DNA of 64,000 bases from Squalus acanthias (Eukaryota). The number at the start of each line of letters is the position of its first letter. Position 1 is the stretch's first letter. Below are positions 49,809-61,204 of the stretch, piece by piece. Below the pieces are notes generated by a model, which saw only the letters and a list, made by a program, of their open reading frames with translations, was not told where the DNA came from and did no database searches. The stretch covers positions 148,864,001-148,928,000 of the forward strand of contig CM059431.1 in the NCBI GenBank assembly GCA_030390025.1, read 5' to 3'. The position numbers and the translations under genes were made by a program.

Positions 49809-50272
49809 TGTATATATTAAGTCGCAGGAAGGCAACAGTTTAATAAGGGTTGTGCTGACTATTCCCCATTAGAATCACCCCTGAAGCTGTGCAGTGCGGT
49901 AAAGGTATCGGAACTGTTCTGGCAGAGAGGGGAAGAGCTTCCCAGGGGAGGCAGAGAGGGGAGAGCTTCCTCTGAGGTCGATCTCAAGCTAGACACGGCC
50001 TAACCCCTCCGCCAGCCTCTGGAGAAACCAAAGAGGAAGAGCCCGCTGCTGCAGGCTGCAGGGATCCGAGAACGCTGTTCTGCCTCAACCTCCATCGATC
50101 CGCCCGACCGTCCGTTCCGGGGCCAGTAAAGCGAACTGATATGTTACGAGTTGTATGTCTACTATATCTATCCTAATTTAACTACATTTGAACTGTCGCT
50201 CCTTAATAAAACGACCTGTGACCCCTATGACCCTTTGGGTATTCTGTGCTTGACCTGTGATCCAAATCTTAC
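49809..50272 (+). mobile_element. Probable solo LTR
   Basis: TGTA...TACA ends, internal short direct repeat (ggcagagagggga..gagcttcc), AATAAA ~65 bp from the end; no matching TSD. Confidence 0.5.
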
Positions 50273-50274
50273 AG

Positions 50275-52620
50275 CGCAGAGCACGGAGCCCAGGATTTCC
50301 AGTCTGGAAATGACAGTGCATTCCTAGAGAGACCATGGCGACCCAGACGTGATGACCAGCAAGAGGAGCGATGTCGCGGCTTCCACAGCAGCGCAGACGG
50401 AAGCGTTACACATTCTCAGTGCTGCAGCGGAAGCTCAGACTGCACTGCGCAGTAGCCACTAGGCGGCATCCAAGCTCTGACTGCTCTGGCGCTTTCTCAA
50501 CCTGATGCCGAACAAACTCTGACTGCTGCCACCGTAGCTGGGTCTACCACTGTCGGCCGTGGCTGTCACGGTGTCGCAGCAGGCCTGCAATCTGTGCTCC
50601 AACAGATTGCTAGGGATGCTGAGGTGTCGCCCCCGGGGGGAGAGTTGCAGTTCGCCAGTGGAGCAGGAAGCTGCTGTCCTCTTTCAGGCTGAGAGCATTC
50701 CTGCTCCCATCACTGCCACTCCGCCATTGCCCTTGCCGCTACCCATCAACCCAGCCAGCCCAGACTGCCGCCGCCCATGCCGAACTGTTGAAGTCTACAG
50801 CCGAGCCTCCTAGTTCCACAGCTGGTCGAGGTCGTCCGGCAAGGCCAGCTGAAGTTTCCCGCTTGGAAACTCAGCAGACTTCACCGAACCGTGCTGCAGC
50901 CACTGGGGTAGCACTGCGTAGGAGCACCAGGGTAGAAAAAGGCACACGAACGACAGGCACTAAGGGATTGCGCAAGGGTGATTAGTTAACAGTATTTCTC
51001 TAAATATGTGTGTTATATTTATTGAAAAATGTATTAATTGTGCTTGGAATCTTTCGTGGTGACTCTCATTTCACCCTTGTGCCCAGGAGGACGCTGTGAT
51101 ACGCCATGAGAAAGGGATTGCATGATTGGGATGTGGTGAACTACGGGGATCTGGGGTTTCATTCATGCGAATCGGAGTCTGATGAGCTGGTCACGACGGC
51201 CCATCCAGAAGGCCGATTGTCTCACTGCCTCCTCCGTCCCCCCTCTTCCACTTCCTTCCCATCCTCTGCCTGCTTCTCCTCCCCCTCGTCCTCCTCCTGA
51301 GGAGATCCCGCAATTCCTGCTGGCAAGGGCTGCGCCCTCATGAATACCAAGTTGTGGAGCATGCAGCAGAGCACCTCGAAATGGGAAACCCACTCAACGG
51401 AGTACTGGAGGGCTCCACTGGAGTGGTCAATGTAGCAGAACTGTTGCTTCAATAAGCCGATGGTCTGCACCATGATGCTCCTGGTGGCCGCACGGCTCCC
51501 ATTATATGAATGCTGAGCCTGAATTTTGGTGTTGTGGAGAGGAGTCATATTCCGGGTGGAGAGCGGCTAGCCCTTGTCTCCGAGCTGCCACCCTCGAAAT
51601 TTACGTGGTGGCTGGTAGAGTGCTGGCACACCAGTCTGGCGGAGGAGGAAGACAAAACGGCAGCTACCACGATGCCGTGCATTGACAGAGACGGTTCGCG
51701 GTCTGTGGTCGCACACCAACTGCACATTAAGTGATTGGTAGCCTTTGCGGTTACGGAAAATCTCAGGTTGTTATACGGTGCCCACAAAGCCACAATGGTG
51801 CAGTCGATTTCGCCCTGCACCATGGGGAAGCGCGCTATCCTGGCAAAGCCACATGCAAGCTCGTCCTGATTCTCTCTGGTGATCAGGAAGCCAATGTAAT
51901 CCCATCTCCTGGTGCGGAGAGCATCAGCGATGGATGGCGAACTGTTTGATGTTAGCTATGTCTCCTCCTGCAGAACGGAAGGATCATCCGGCAAAGACAT
52001 TGAAGGCCACGGTGCCATTGACAGTCTTTGGGAAAGCCACGGTTGCCCTGGTCTGAGGCTGGGGGTCTGGTTGCAGAAAGTGGGCAGAGTTCTGTGACCA
52101 CCTCCTTGTTGAAGCGAAGCCTCCTAATACACTGCTCCTCGCTTAATTGAAGGTAGGTGCACCATTGTCGGAAGACCCAAGGAGGTTAAGGCCTCCTGCT
52201 GAGAGCCCTGATGGCCCTCCTCCTCCTCCTTCTGCGCACATGGTCCCATCTTTCTCGCTGCCTCCGCTCCCTCCGGCGTAGATGTTGCAGAGCGAGGTCG
52301 ACTGTCAGTACAGTCCCCATGACATATAGCAAGTGTTGTAGTTTGAAGCCCTCAAAAATGATGAGGAAGTTTTTACCTGCGGAATACTCCCTGATACTAA
52401 ATAAACTTGAAATATCTAAAGAAAATTCTTGCAGTTACAGGAAGTAGCACACAGCCACTCAAACTGCAAAATCCTGTCAGGGGCGAAATATTGGTGAGGA
52501 TCCCTTTAAATAGTGCCGCTGGAACCGGCTTCCTGGACAAAATGGAGGAGTCCAACTCGCTTGGCATGCTGGGAGATGTAGTTCCGTTCTCCTCACAACA
52601 GCTCCCGGAAGCCGCGCAGT
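50275..52620. mobile_element. PIF/Harbinger DNA transposon remnant with convergent ORFs
   Basis: Minus-strand transposase fragments; the plus-strand GC-rich low-complexity ORF remnant (50275-50985) is consistent with the 3' part of the partner Myb-like gene. Confidence 0.8.
51160..52325 (-). pseudogene. Harbinger (HARBI1-like) DDE transposase, frameshifted
   Basis: FPMVQGEIDCTIVAL; MTPL...YNGSRAATRSIMVQTIGLLKQQFCYID...LQYS...CCMLHNL. Confidence 0.88.
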
Positions 52621-52699
52621 TAATTTAATAAATCTGGAATAAAAAGCTTGTTTTAGTAATGGTGACCAAGAAACTATCGGATTGTTATAAAAACCATCT

Positions 52700-53090
52700 G
52701 ATCACTGCCCAGTGACTCCTGGTTTAGATAGAGATGAAACAAGGCGTGTGTCCTGCTCCTGATCACTGTGCAGTGAGAGCTGGTTTATAGAGCGTAGATA
52801 TCAGCCAGGGTTCTTGCTCCTGTTCACTGTCTAGTGACACCTCATTTATAGAGAGGGGAAATCAGCCAGGGATCCTGAAACTGATCACTGGGCCCCGGCT
52901 TATAGAGATTGGAAAGCAGACAAGGCTCTTGATCCTGATTACTTTCCAGTGCCGCCCGGATTTGGGAGGGTGGGATTGATCGAGGGTTCCTGCTCCTGAG
53001 CACTGTCCAATGACCCCTGATTCAGAGAGTGGGGAAATACGCCAGGGTTCCTGTTCCTGATCACTTTCCTTTGCCCCCTGCGTCCGAAAG
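52700..53090. repeat. ~62-bp degenerate tandem repeat (cagccagggttcctgctcctgatcactgtccagtgacc...)
   Basis: About 6 copies of the cctgatcactg motif at regular spacing. Confidence 0.75.
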
Positions 53091-53097
53091 TGAGAGC

Positions 53098-54422
53098 AGA
53101 TGTAAACCCACTATTTAAGAAAGGGGGAGAGAGAAAACGGAGAACTACAGATCAGTTAGCCTGACATCAGTAGTATGGGAAATGCTAGAATCCATTATTA
53201 AGGATGCTAACAGGGCACTTAGAAAATAATAATACGATTGAGCAGAGTAAATACGGATTTATGAAATGGAAATCGAGTTTGACAAATCTGTTGGAATTTT
53301 TTGAGCTAGCAGAATAGATAAGGGGGAATCAGTGGATGTGGTGTATTTGGATCTTCAGAAGGCATTCGATAAATCGTCAAAAAAGAGGTAATTAAACAAA
53401 ATTAGGGCTCATGGAATTCGGGGTAATATATTAGCATGGATTGAGGATTGCTTAACGGACAGAAAACAGAGAGTAGGAATAAATAGGTCATTTTAGGGTT
53501 GGCAGCTGCAACTAGTGGTGTAAAGCAAGAATTAGTCCTTGGGCCTCAGCTATTCCCAATCTACATCAATGATTGGATGAGGGCACCAAATGTAATATTT
53601 CAAGTTTGCTGACGATACAAAGCTGGGTTGGAATGTAAGATGTGAGGACGATGCAAGGCGGATTCAAGAGGATATAGACAGGCTAAGTGAGTGGGAAAGT
53701 ACATGGCAAATGGAATATAATGAGGAGAAATATGACGTTATCTATTTTGGTATGAAAAATAGAAAATCGTATTATATTTTCAATGCTGAGAGATTGGGAA
53801 ATGTTTGTGTTCAGAGGGACATGGGTGTCCTCGTACACGAATCATTGAAAGTTAACATGCAGATGCATCAAGCAAATAGGAAAGCAAATGCTATGTTGAC
53901 ATTTATTACAATAGGATTTGATAATAGGAGTAAAGACGTGTTCTGCAATTATATAGGGCCCAGGTGAGACCAATCTTCTAGTATTGAGTACAGTTTTGGT
54001 CTCCTTACTTAAGGAAAGATGTACTTGCCTTAGTGGGAGTGCAACGAAGGCTCACCAGACTGGTTCCTGGGATGGGGTGATTGTCCGATGAGGAGAGATT
54101 GAGTAGAATATGCGTATATTCTCTAGAGTTTAGACGAATGAGATGTGATCTAAATATTCAAAATTCCTGGCTGGGGAGTCTAGTGCCAGGGGCACAAACT
54201 CAGAGTATGGGTCGGCCATTTAGGACTGTGATGAGGAGAAATTTCTTCACTCAGAGGGTGGTGAATCTTTGGAATTCTCTACCCCAGATGGCTGTGGAGG
54301 CTTATCCTTTGAGTATATTCAAAACAGAGATCGATTTATTTTTGAATATTAAGGGAATCAAGGGATATGCTGATAGTGTAGAGAAGTGGAGATGAGGTTG
54401 AAGACCAGCCATGATCTTATTA
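53098..54422 (+). mobile_element. CR1 LINE, 5'-truncated
   Basis: RT motifs (KFADDTKL at ~53600) and C-terminus ORF 54081-54395. Confidence 0.92.
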
Positions 54423-54424
54423 AT

Positions 54425-57085
54425 AACAGAAGAAGATAAAAAATAAGAGCAGCAGTAGGCCATACGGCCCCTCGAAACTGCTCCGCCATCAATAAGATCA
54501 TGGCTGATCATCGACCTCAACTGCACTTTCCCGCCCGATCTCCATATCCCTTCATTCCAGTAGAGTCCAAAAATCTATCTATATCAACCATGGATATGCT
54601 CAAAGACTCAGCATTCACAGCCCTCTTACGCAGAGAATTCCAAAGATTCACAGCACTCTGAGTGAAGAAATTCCTCCTCATCTCAGTCTTAAGTGGCCTA
54701 CCTCTTATCCTGAAACAATGCCCTCTAGTGCTGGACACTCCAGCAAGGAGAAACAACCTCATATCATCTGCTCTGTCGTTCCCTTCAGAATCTTGTATGT
54801 TTCAACGAGATCACCTCTGATTCTTCTAAACTCCAGAGAGTATAGCCCAATCTGCACAATCTCTCATCATTGGACAGCCCTCTCATCACAGGAATCAATC
54901 TAGTGAACCTTCATTGCACCGCCTCCAAGGCAAGTATATCCTTTCTTAGATATGGAGACCAAAACTGTGCACAGCACTCCAGGTGTGGTTCCACCAAGGC
55001 CCTTTACAATTGCAGCAAGACTTCAAGACTTCCTTACACTTATACACCAACCCCCTTGCAATAAAGGCCAGCATGCCATTTGCCTTCCTTATTGCTTGCT
55101 GTACCTGCATGTTAGCTTTCTGTGCGTCTTGCACGAGGACACCCACTCTGAACACCAATATTTCAAAGTTTCTCACCATTTAAAATTATTCTGTTTTTCT
55201 ATTCTTCCTAACAAAGTGAATAATTTCACATTTCCCTACATTACACTCCATCTGCCACCGTACTGCCCACGCACTAAGTCTACCTACATCCCTTTGTAAA
55301 CTCGTTCTATTCTCCTCACCGCTTACTGTCCCACCTAGATTTGTATAATCAGCAAATTTGGATACATTACATTTGGTCCCGTCATCCATGTCATTAATAG
55401 AGTTTGTAAATAGCTGAGTCACCTACACTGATCTTTGCGGCACCCCACTAGTTACAGCCTGCCAAACTGAAAATGAGCCGTTTATCCCTACTCTCTGTTT
55501 TCTGTCCGTTAAACAATCCTCTATTATTGCTGCTATATTACACCCAACCCCATGAGCCCTACTCTTGTGTAATAATCTTTTCTGTGGCAACTTATCGAAT
55601 GACTTTTGGAAATCAAAATACACTACATCCACTGGTTCCCCTTTATCTACCCTGCTAGTAACATCCTCAAAACCCTAATAAATTTTCAAACACGATTTCC
55701 CTTTCATAAAACCATGTTGACTCTGCCTAATCATGTTATGATTTTCTAAGTGACTTGATACCACTTCCTTAACAATGGATACCAACATTTTCCGAAGACT
55801 GCTATCCGGCTAACTGGCCTGTAGTTCCCTATTTTTTCTCTCGCTCCTTTTTTGAATAGCGGTGTTATATTTGCGACCTTCCTATCCGCTGGGACCATTC
55901 CAGAATCTAGGGAATTTTGGAAGATCAAAACCAATGCATACACTATCTCTTCAGCCACCTCTTTTAAAACCCGAGGATGTAGTTCGTCAGGTCCTGGGGA
56001 TTTGTTGGCTCTTAGTCCCATAAGTTTCTCTAGTACTTGATCTCTACTTATATTAATTATGTTAAGTTCCTCACCCTCATTAGGCCGTTGGTTCCCCAAC
56101 ATTATGGTATGCTTTTTGTGTCTTCTGCTGTGACGACTGATACAAAATATTTACTTAACGTTTCTGCCATTTCCTTACTCTACATAATAATTTCTCCTGT
56201 CGCAGCCTCTGAGGGACCAACGTTTACTTTTGCTACTCTTTTCCTTTTTACATAATTGTAAAAACTCTTACAATCTGCTGTTATATTTCTTGCTAGTTTT
56301 CTGTCACATTCTATTTTTTCCCAGTTTATCAAATTCTAGTCAACCTTTGCTGGTTTGTGAACTTTCCCAATCATCAGGCTTACTATTATTCTTTGCAACA
56401 TTATAAGCATCTTCTTTCAATCTAATTCTATCCTTAACGTCTTTAGTCAGTCACGTTTGGATTACTTTTCCCGTGGAGTTTTAGTTTCTCAATGGAATGT
56501 ATTTTTGTTGAGAATTATGAAATATTTATTTAAATGCTAACCACTGCTAATCTACCGTCGTACCTTATAATCTATTTTTCCAATCTACTTCAGCCAACTC
56601 GGTAGACTACATTGCCAATGTGATTTGGCCAGTCTATATGAAGATTAAAGTCCCTCAAGATTATTGCATTACCTTTGTTGCAAGCTCCTACTATTTCTTG
56701 ATTAATATTCTGTCCAACAGTATAGCTATTGTTATATGGCCTATATACTACTGCCACCAGTGTTTTCTTCCCCTTGTTATTCCTTATCTCCACCCATACT
56801 GATTCTGCTTCCTGATCTTCCAGCCGGGGCCTATCCAGTGATTTATAAAGGTTCAGCATAACTTCCTTGCTTTTGTACTCTGCCTCTATTTATAAATCTA
56901 AGGTTCCCATGTGTTATTTTAACAATCTTGTCAACTTGTCCTGCCGTCTTCAAAGGCTTGTGTAGTAAACTCCCAGGTGGCTCTTTTCCTGCATCCCCTT
57001 TAAAATTGTAGTTTAGTTTATATTGCCTCTCCTCGTTTTCCTCCCTGATTTATCCTTCACACCTCTCTGCATTAAATTGCACCTC
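54425..57085 (-). mobile_element. CR1 LINE(s), degenerate, tail-to-tail with the preceding copy
   Basis: ORFs 54517-54762, 55186-55422, 55423-55632, 55746-56102 and 56590-56859 are CR1 ORF2 pieces; a further CR1 fragment lies at 56820-57085. Confidence 0.9.
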
Positions 57086-57089
57086 TATT

Positions 57090-58420
57090 TTTTTTCATTT
57101 TTATTAATTCATGGGATGTACCATGGCTGGCACCGACAGCAATTATTGCCCATCCCTAATTGCCCTTTAGAAGGTGGCTTTGAGCCGCCGTCTTGAACAG
57201 CTGCGACTTTTCTCCCACATTGCTGTTACGGAAGTAGTAACAGGATTTGTACCCAGCGACGATGAAGGAACGGCGATATACTTCCAAATCATGAAGGTGT
57301 GTGACTTGGAAGGGAACTTGAAGGTGGTGATGTTTCCATACGCCTGCTACCCTTTACTTCTAGGTGGTAAAATTCGCGGGTTTGGGAGATGTTGTCAAAG
57401 AAGCCTTGGCGATTTGCTGCAGTGCATCTTGTAAATGGTACACACTGCAGCCACGGTGCGCCGGCGTTGGTTGGAATGAGCGTTTAAGGTGGTGGTTGTG
57501 GTGCCAATATAGCGGGCTGCTTTGTACTAGATGATGTCAAGCATCTTGAGTGTTGTTATAGCTGCACTCATCCAGACAAGTGGAGAGTATCCCATTACAC
57601 TCCTGACGTGTGCCTTGTAGATTGTGGACAGGCTTTGGGGTGTCAGGAGCTGAGACAATCGCCGAAGAATACCCAGGCTCTGACCTGCTCTTGTAGCCAC
57701 AGTTTTTATGTGGCTGGTCCCGGTCCAGTTAAGATTCTGGTTAATGGTGACCCTCAGGATATTGATGATAACGGATTTGGCGATGGTAATGCCATTGAAT
57801 ATCACGGGGTGGTGACACTCGTTGGAGATCGTCATTGGCTGGCACTTGTGTTGTGCGAGTGTTACCTGCCACTTATCAGCCCAAGCCTGACATTCGTCCA
57901 GGTCTTGCTGCATGCGGGCACGGACTGCTTCATTATCGGAGGTGTTGCGAATGGAAGTGAAACTGCATTTGTAAGCAAACATCCCCATTTCTAATCTTAT
58001 GTTGGAGGAAAGTTCATTGATGAAGCAGCTCAAGATGGTTGAGCCTAGTGCACTGCCCTGAGCAATCCCTGCAGCGATGTCCTGGGGCTGAGATTATTGG
58101 CTTCCATCAACCAGAGCCATCTTCCTTTGTGCTAGGTATGACTACAGCCAATGGAGGGTTTTCCCCTTATTTCCAATGACTTCAATTTTACTAGGGCTCC
58201 TTGCTGCCACACTTGGTCACATGTTGTCTTGATGTCGAGGGCAGTCACTCTCACCTCTCCTCTGGAATTCAGCTCCTTTTTCCATGTTTTCGACCGAGGC
58301 TGTAATGAAGTCTGGAGCCGAGTGGCCCTGGCTGAACCCAAACTGAGCGTCCGTGAGTAGGTTATTGGTGAGTAGGTAACAATTAATAACCCTGTCGATG
58401 ACACCTTTCATCACTTTGCT
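57090..58420 (-). mobile_element. Second-family LINE 3' portion
   Basis: ORFs 57527-58033 and 58132-58404 are homologous to 41800-43130. Confidence 0.88.
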
Positions 58421-59130
58421 AAATTCACCAGTTTGTCTATATCCTCCTGAAGCCTACTCCCAGCCCACTCAGTGTTAACTACATTTCCTAGTTTTGTGTC
58501 TTTTGCAAACGTTGAAATTATGCACTTTATATATATATATATATATATATATGACAACATGTTTAATATTCATCTAAATGATCAGTGGTCCGAATAGCGT
58601 CACCTGGGAGACACCACTGCATACTTCACTCCACTCTGAGCAACAACCAGTCACCACTACTCTCTGTTTTCTGTCCCTTAGCCAATGTCAGATCCACACT
58701 GCCACTGCCCCTTTATTCCTAACAAGTTTATTCAAAGACACTTAATCAAATGCATTTTTAAAGTCATGTCGAAACGTTAACCACATTATGCTCATCAACC
58801 CTCTCCATTACTTGATCAAAGAACTCAATCAAGTTTGTCAGACACACTTTGTCGTTAACATATCCGTGCTTGTTGTCATTTATTAATCCATATTTCTTTC
58901 CAAGTGACAGGTAATTTTCTCCGGGTATATGGCCTCTAGAAGTTTCCCCACCGCCTACGTTAGCCTGACTGGCCCGTTGTTACAGTGTTTATACCTCTCC
59001 CTTTTTAAACTGGTTGTAACATTGGCAACCCTACAATCCTTTGGCCCACTCCCATCTGAAAGGAGGATTGAAAGATTCTGGGCAGTTCCTGCACTATTTC
59101 CACCATTACTTCCCTCAGCAACACTCATAC
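58420..59130 (-). mobile_element. CR1 fragment containing a (TA)n microsatellite at 58528-58551
   Basis: PKDCRVANVTTSLKRE-type CR1 motif in ORF 58955-59137. Confidence 0.75.
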
Positions 59131-59134
59131 ATCC

Positions 59135-59345
59135 CATCCAGACCGCGGAAATGTTCTACTTTACTGTGTTACAAAAGGTGCTGGATTGAAATGGGTTAAC
59201 TGAAGGTGTTTGTTCAGTGACTGTAATTAATGTCAGTCTCCACGGCTTATCTGAAGCAGTTTGTTCAGTGACTGTAATTAATATCATTCTTCATGGACCC
59301 TAATTACATCAGTGCAGGGTTTCCCTCTTTTATTAATAAGGGATT
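59135..59345 (+). promoter_or_regulatory. Putative promoter of paralog B
   Basis: Two 51-bp-spaced copies of gtttgttcagtgactgtaatta (59208, 59259), GGGTTTCCC (59317-59325) and TATTAATAA (59331-59339); inverted paralog of 22480-22700. Confidence 0.6.
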
Positions 59346-59426
59346 CCATTCAATGTGTTATCCCATAGTATCAGTGAGAGCATCTCCTCCGGCACTAACA
59401 GTGATCAGTGCGCTGCTCATCAGAGA

Positions 59427-59552
59427 GTGAGTCGGAATCTGAGAACAGTAGATTGGAATGTTACAACACTCGGTTGGAACCTGAGAACAGTAGATTGGAA
59501 TTATACAACAATGGATCAGAATCTGAGATCATTAGATTGGAATGTTACAACA
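59427..59552 (+). repeat. Three in-frame 42-bp repeats (14 aa, xxxNLRTVDWNVTT) spanning the 5'UTR and N-terminus of paralog B
   Basis: Units start at 59427 (gtg), 59469 (ctc) and 59511 (atg). Confidence 0.85.
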
Positions 59553-59691
59553 ATGGACAAGGGTTTCTCCTCGGCGTTGTACATGATTTCTAATTATTAT
59601 GATTTTATGTCAATCGCAAATAAGATCTATTACGCACTTCTGATCATGCAATGCATTTACTATCCCCTCCTTGCTGCTGTTGGTGTTGCTG
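59511..59691 (+). CDS. GPR139/GPR142-like class A GPCR, coding exon 1 (paralog B)
   Basis: acaATGG start; MDQNLRSLDWNVTTMDKGFSSALYMISNYYDFMSIANKIYYALLIMQCIYYPLLAAVGVA (60 codons + 1 nt), then GTAAGT at 59692; same length and phase as A. Exon 2 not in the window. Confidence 0.8.
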
Positions 59692-59950
59692 GTAAGTCTC
59701 TCTATCCAGCTATTAATTCTATAAACCGTGATTAACTGCACTACAGTTCTTGCCTTTTACTCTCCCCTCCTTGTTGCGGTTGTTGTTCCTGGTAAGTCTC
59801 TGTATCCAGCTATTAAATCTGTAAACCTTTGCATCTGTATTACTATTCTCGGAAGTTACTCTCTCATCTGTGCTGCTGTTGCTCTTCCTGTTTATTCTCT
59901 ACATCCAGCAATTAGATCTGTACACCACGACTCACTGTATTACTGTATTT
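59692..59950 (+). repeat. 100-bp degenerate repeats of the exon-1 end plus donor (paralog B)
   Basis: Second cctg|gtaagtctc donor at 59792; third copy with a dead donor at ~59891. Confidence 0.8.
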
Positions 59951-59969
59951 GTTATCTAAATCTTGTGAA

Positions 59970-60440
59970 GACCAAAGACATTTTCTTCGGACCTCGTCAA
60001 AAAACTCAATTTTTTAGTAACAAATTCAATCTAGATCCCTGGCCAATGTCTGAGGATGAACAAGATTGTTTGCAACCACGGCGTTCTCTTTGAGCCTGCG
60101 CTAAGTTCCGACCACATATCCTCTGAACCCTTAGTCCTGCCTACTACCACCTCCTTAATATCGACCGTATCCGAACCTCCTCAGCCTTTCCACTGCATAA
60201 ACCGTCACCCGTGCCTTTGTTAAACCTGACTCGACTATTCCAATACTCTCCTGGCTGGCCTCCCAGTTACAAGCCTCCGTAAACTAGAGCTCATCCAAAA
60301 CTCTGCTGCTCATACCCTAACCCGCATCATGTCCCGTTAACCCATCACCACTCTGCTCGCTGAGCAACATTTGCTCCCGATCAGGAAATGCTTCGAATTT
60401 AATATTCTCATCCTAAAGATCAAATCCCACCATGGCCTCA
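59970..60440 (+). mobile_element. L2 LINE fragment
   Basis: ctcgactattccaatactctcctggctggcctccc...catccaaaactctgctgc (LDYSN.LLAGLP...IQNSAA). Confidence 0.8.
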
Positions 60441-61204
60441 CCCCTTCAATTAATCCCATTACCTAGTTCTTTTTCCACTGTCCTGCATTTTGTTACCTTT
60501 CAAATATATATCCAATTACCCTTTTAATTTAATTTCTTCCCTGCTGTACCTCTCCCAGTCTTTCTGTCTCTATTTTTATTTGTCTCTGTCTCTCACTCTC
60601 CCTCTTCTCTCTCTCTGTCTCTTGCTCATAGACTCATAGAATGGTACAGCACAGATTGAGGCCATTCGGCCCATCGTGTCAGTGCCATCTCTTTGAATGA
60701 TCTTTCTCATTAGTCCTACTCTTTAGCCAGAGCCTTGTAAAAAAATTCCCATTCTACTAATTATCCCATTCCCTTTCGATAGTCACTACTGAATCTACTT
60801 CCACCACGTTCTCAGACAGAGTATTCCAGATCACAGCAACTCACTGCGTAAAGTAAATTCTCCACATCTCTCCTCTGGGTCTTTTGCGTATTAACTTAAT
60901 TCTGTGTACTCTGGTTACCCACCTTTCTGCCACTGGAAAACAATTCGACTTATGTGCACTATGAAATCCAATCAAACTTTTTAATATCTATTTTAAATCT
61001 CCCCTTATGAAAAAGGACAATGATGGACCAGGTTTAAATGTTTTCAATTGGGGAAAGGCCAATTTTATTAAGCTGAGATGCGATTTAGCAAAAGTGAACT
61101 GGAAACAGCTACTTGAAGCTAAATCAGTGTCAGAGCGATGGGGGGCATTCAAGGAGGAGAGGGTGAGGGTTCAGAGCAAATATATTCCCACAAAGAAAAA
61201 AGGA

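Noticed and set aside
48838..49843. Hydrophobic multi-TM-looking ORFs as the missing GPCR exon 2
   Set aside because: They are translations of the 54-bp tandem repeat (18-aa period) and lack class A motifs such as DRY/DRF or NPxxY-like sequence.
51160..52325. Domesticated HARBI1 gene
   Set aside because: Frameshifts, degraded catalytic motifs and an adjacent convergent partner-ORF remnant indicate a dead transposon.
59427..59552. Repeated GATTGG/GTTACAAC as CCAAT or MHC SXY promoter boxes
   Set aside because: Better explained as in-frame 42-bp coding-type repeats continuous with the GPCR N-terminus.
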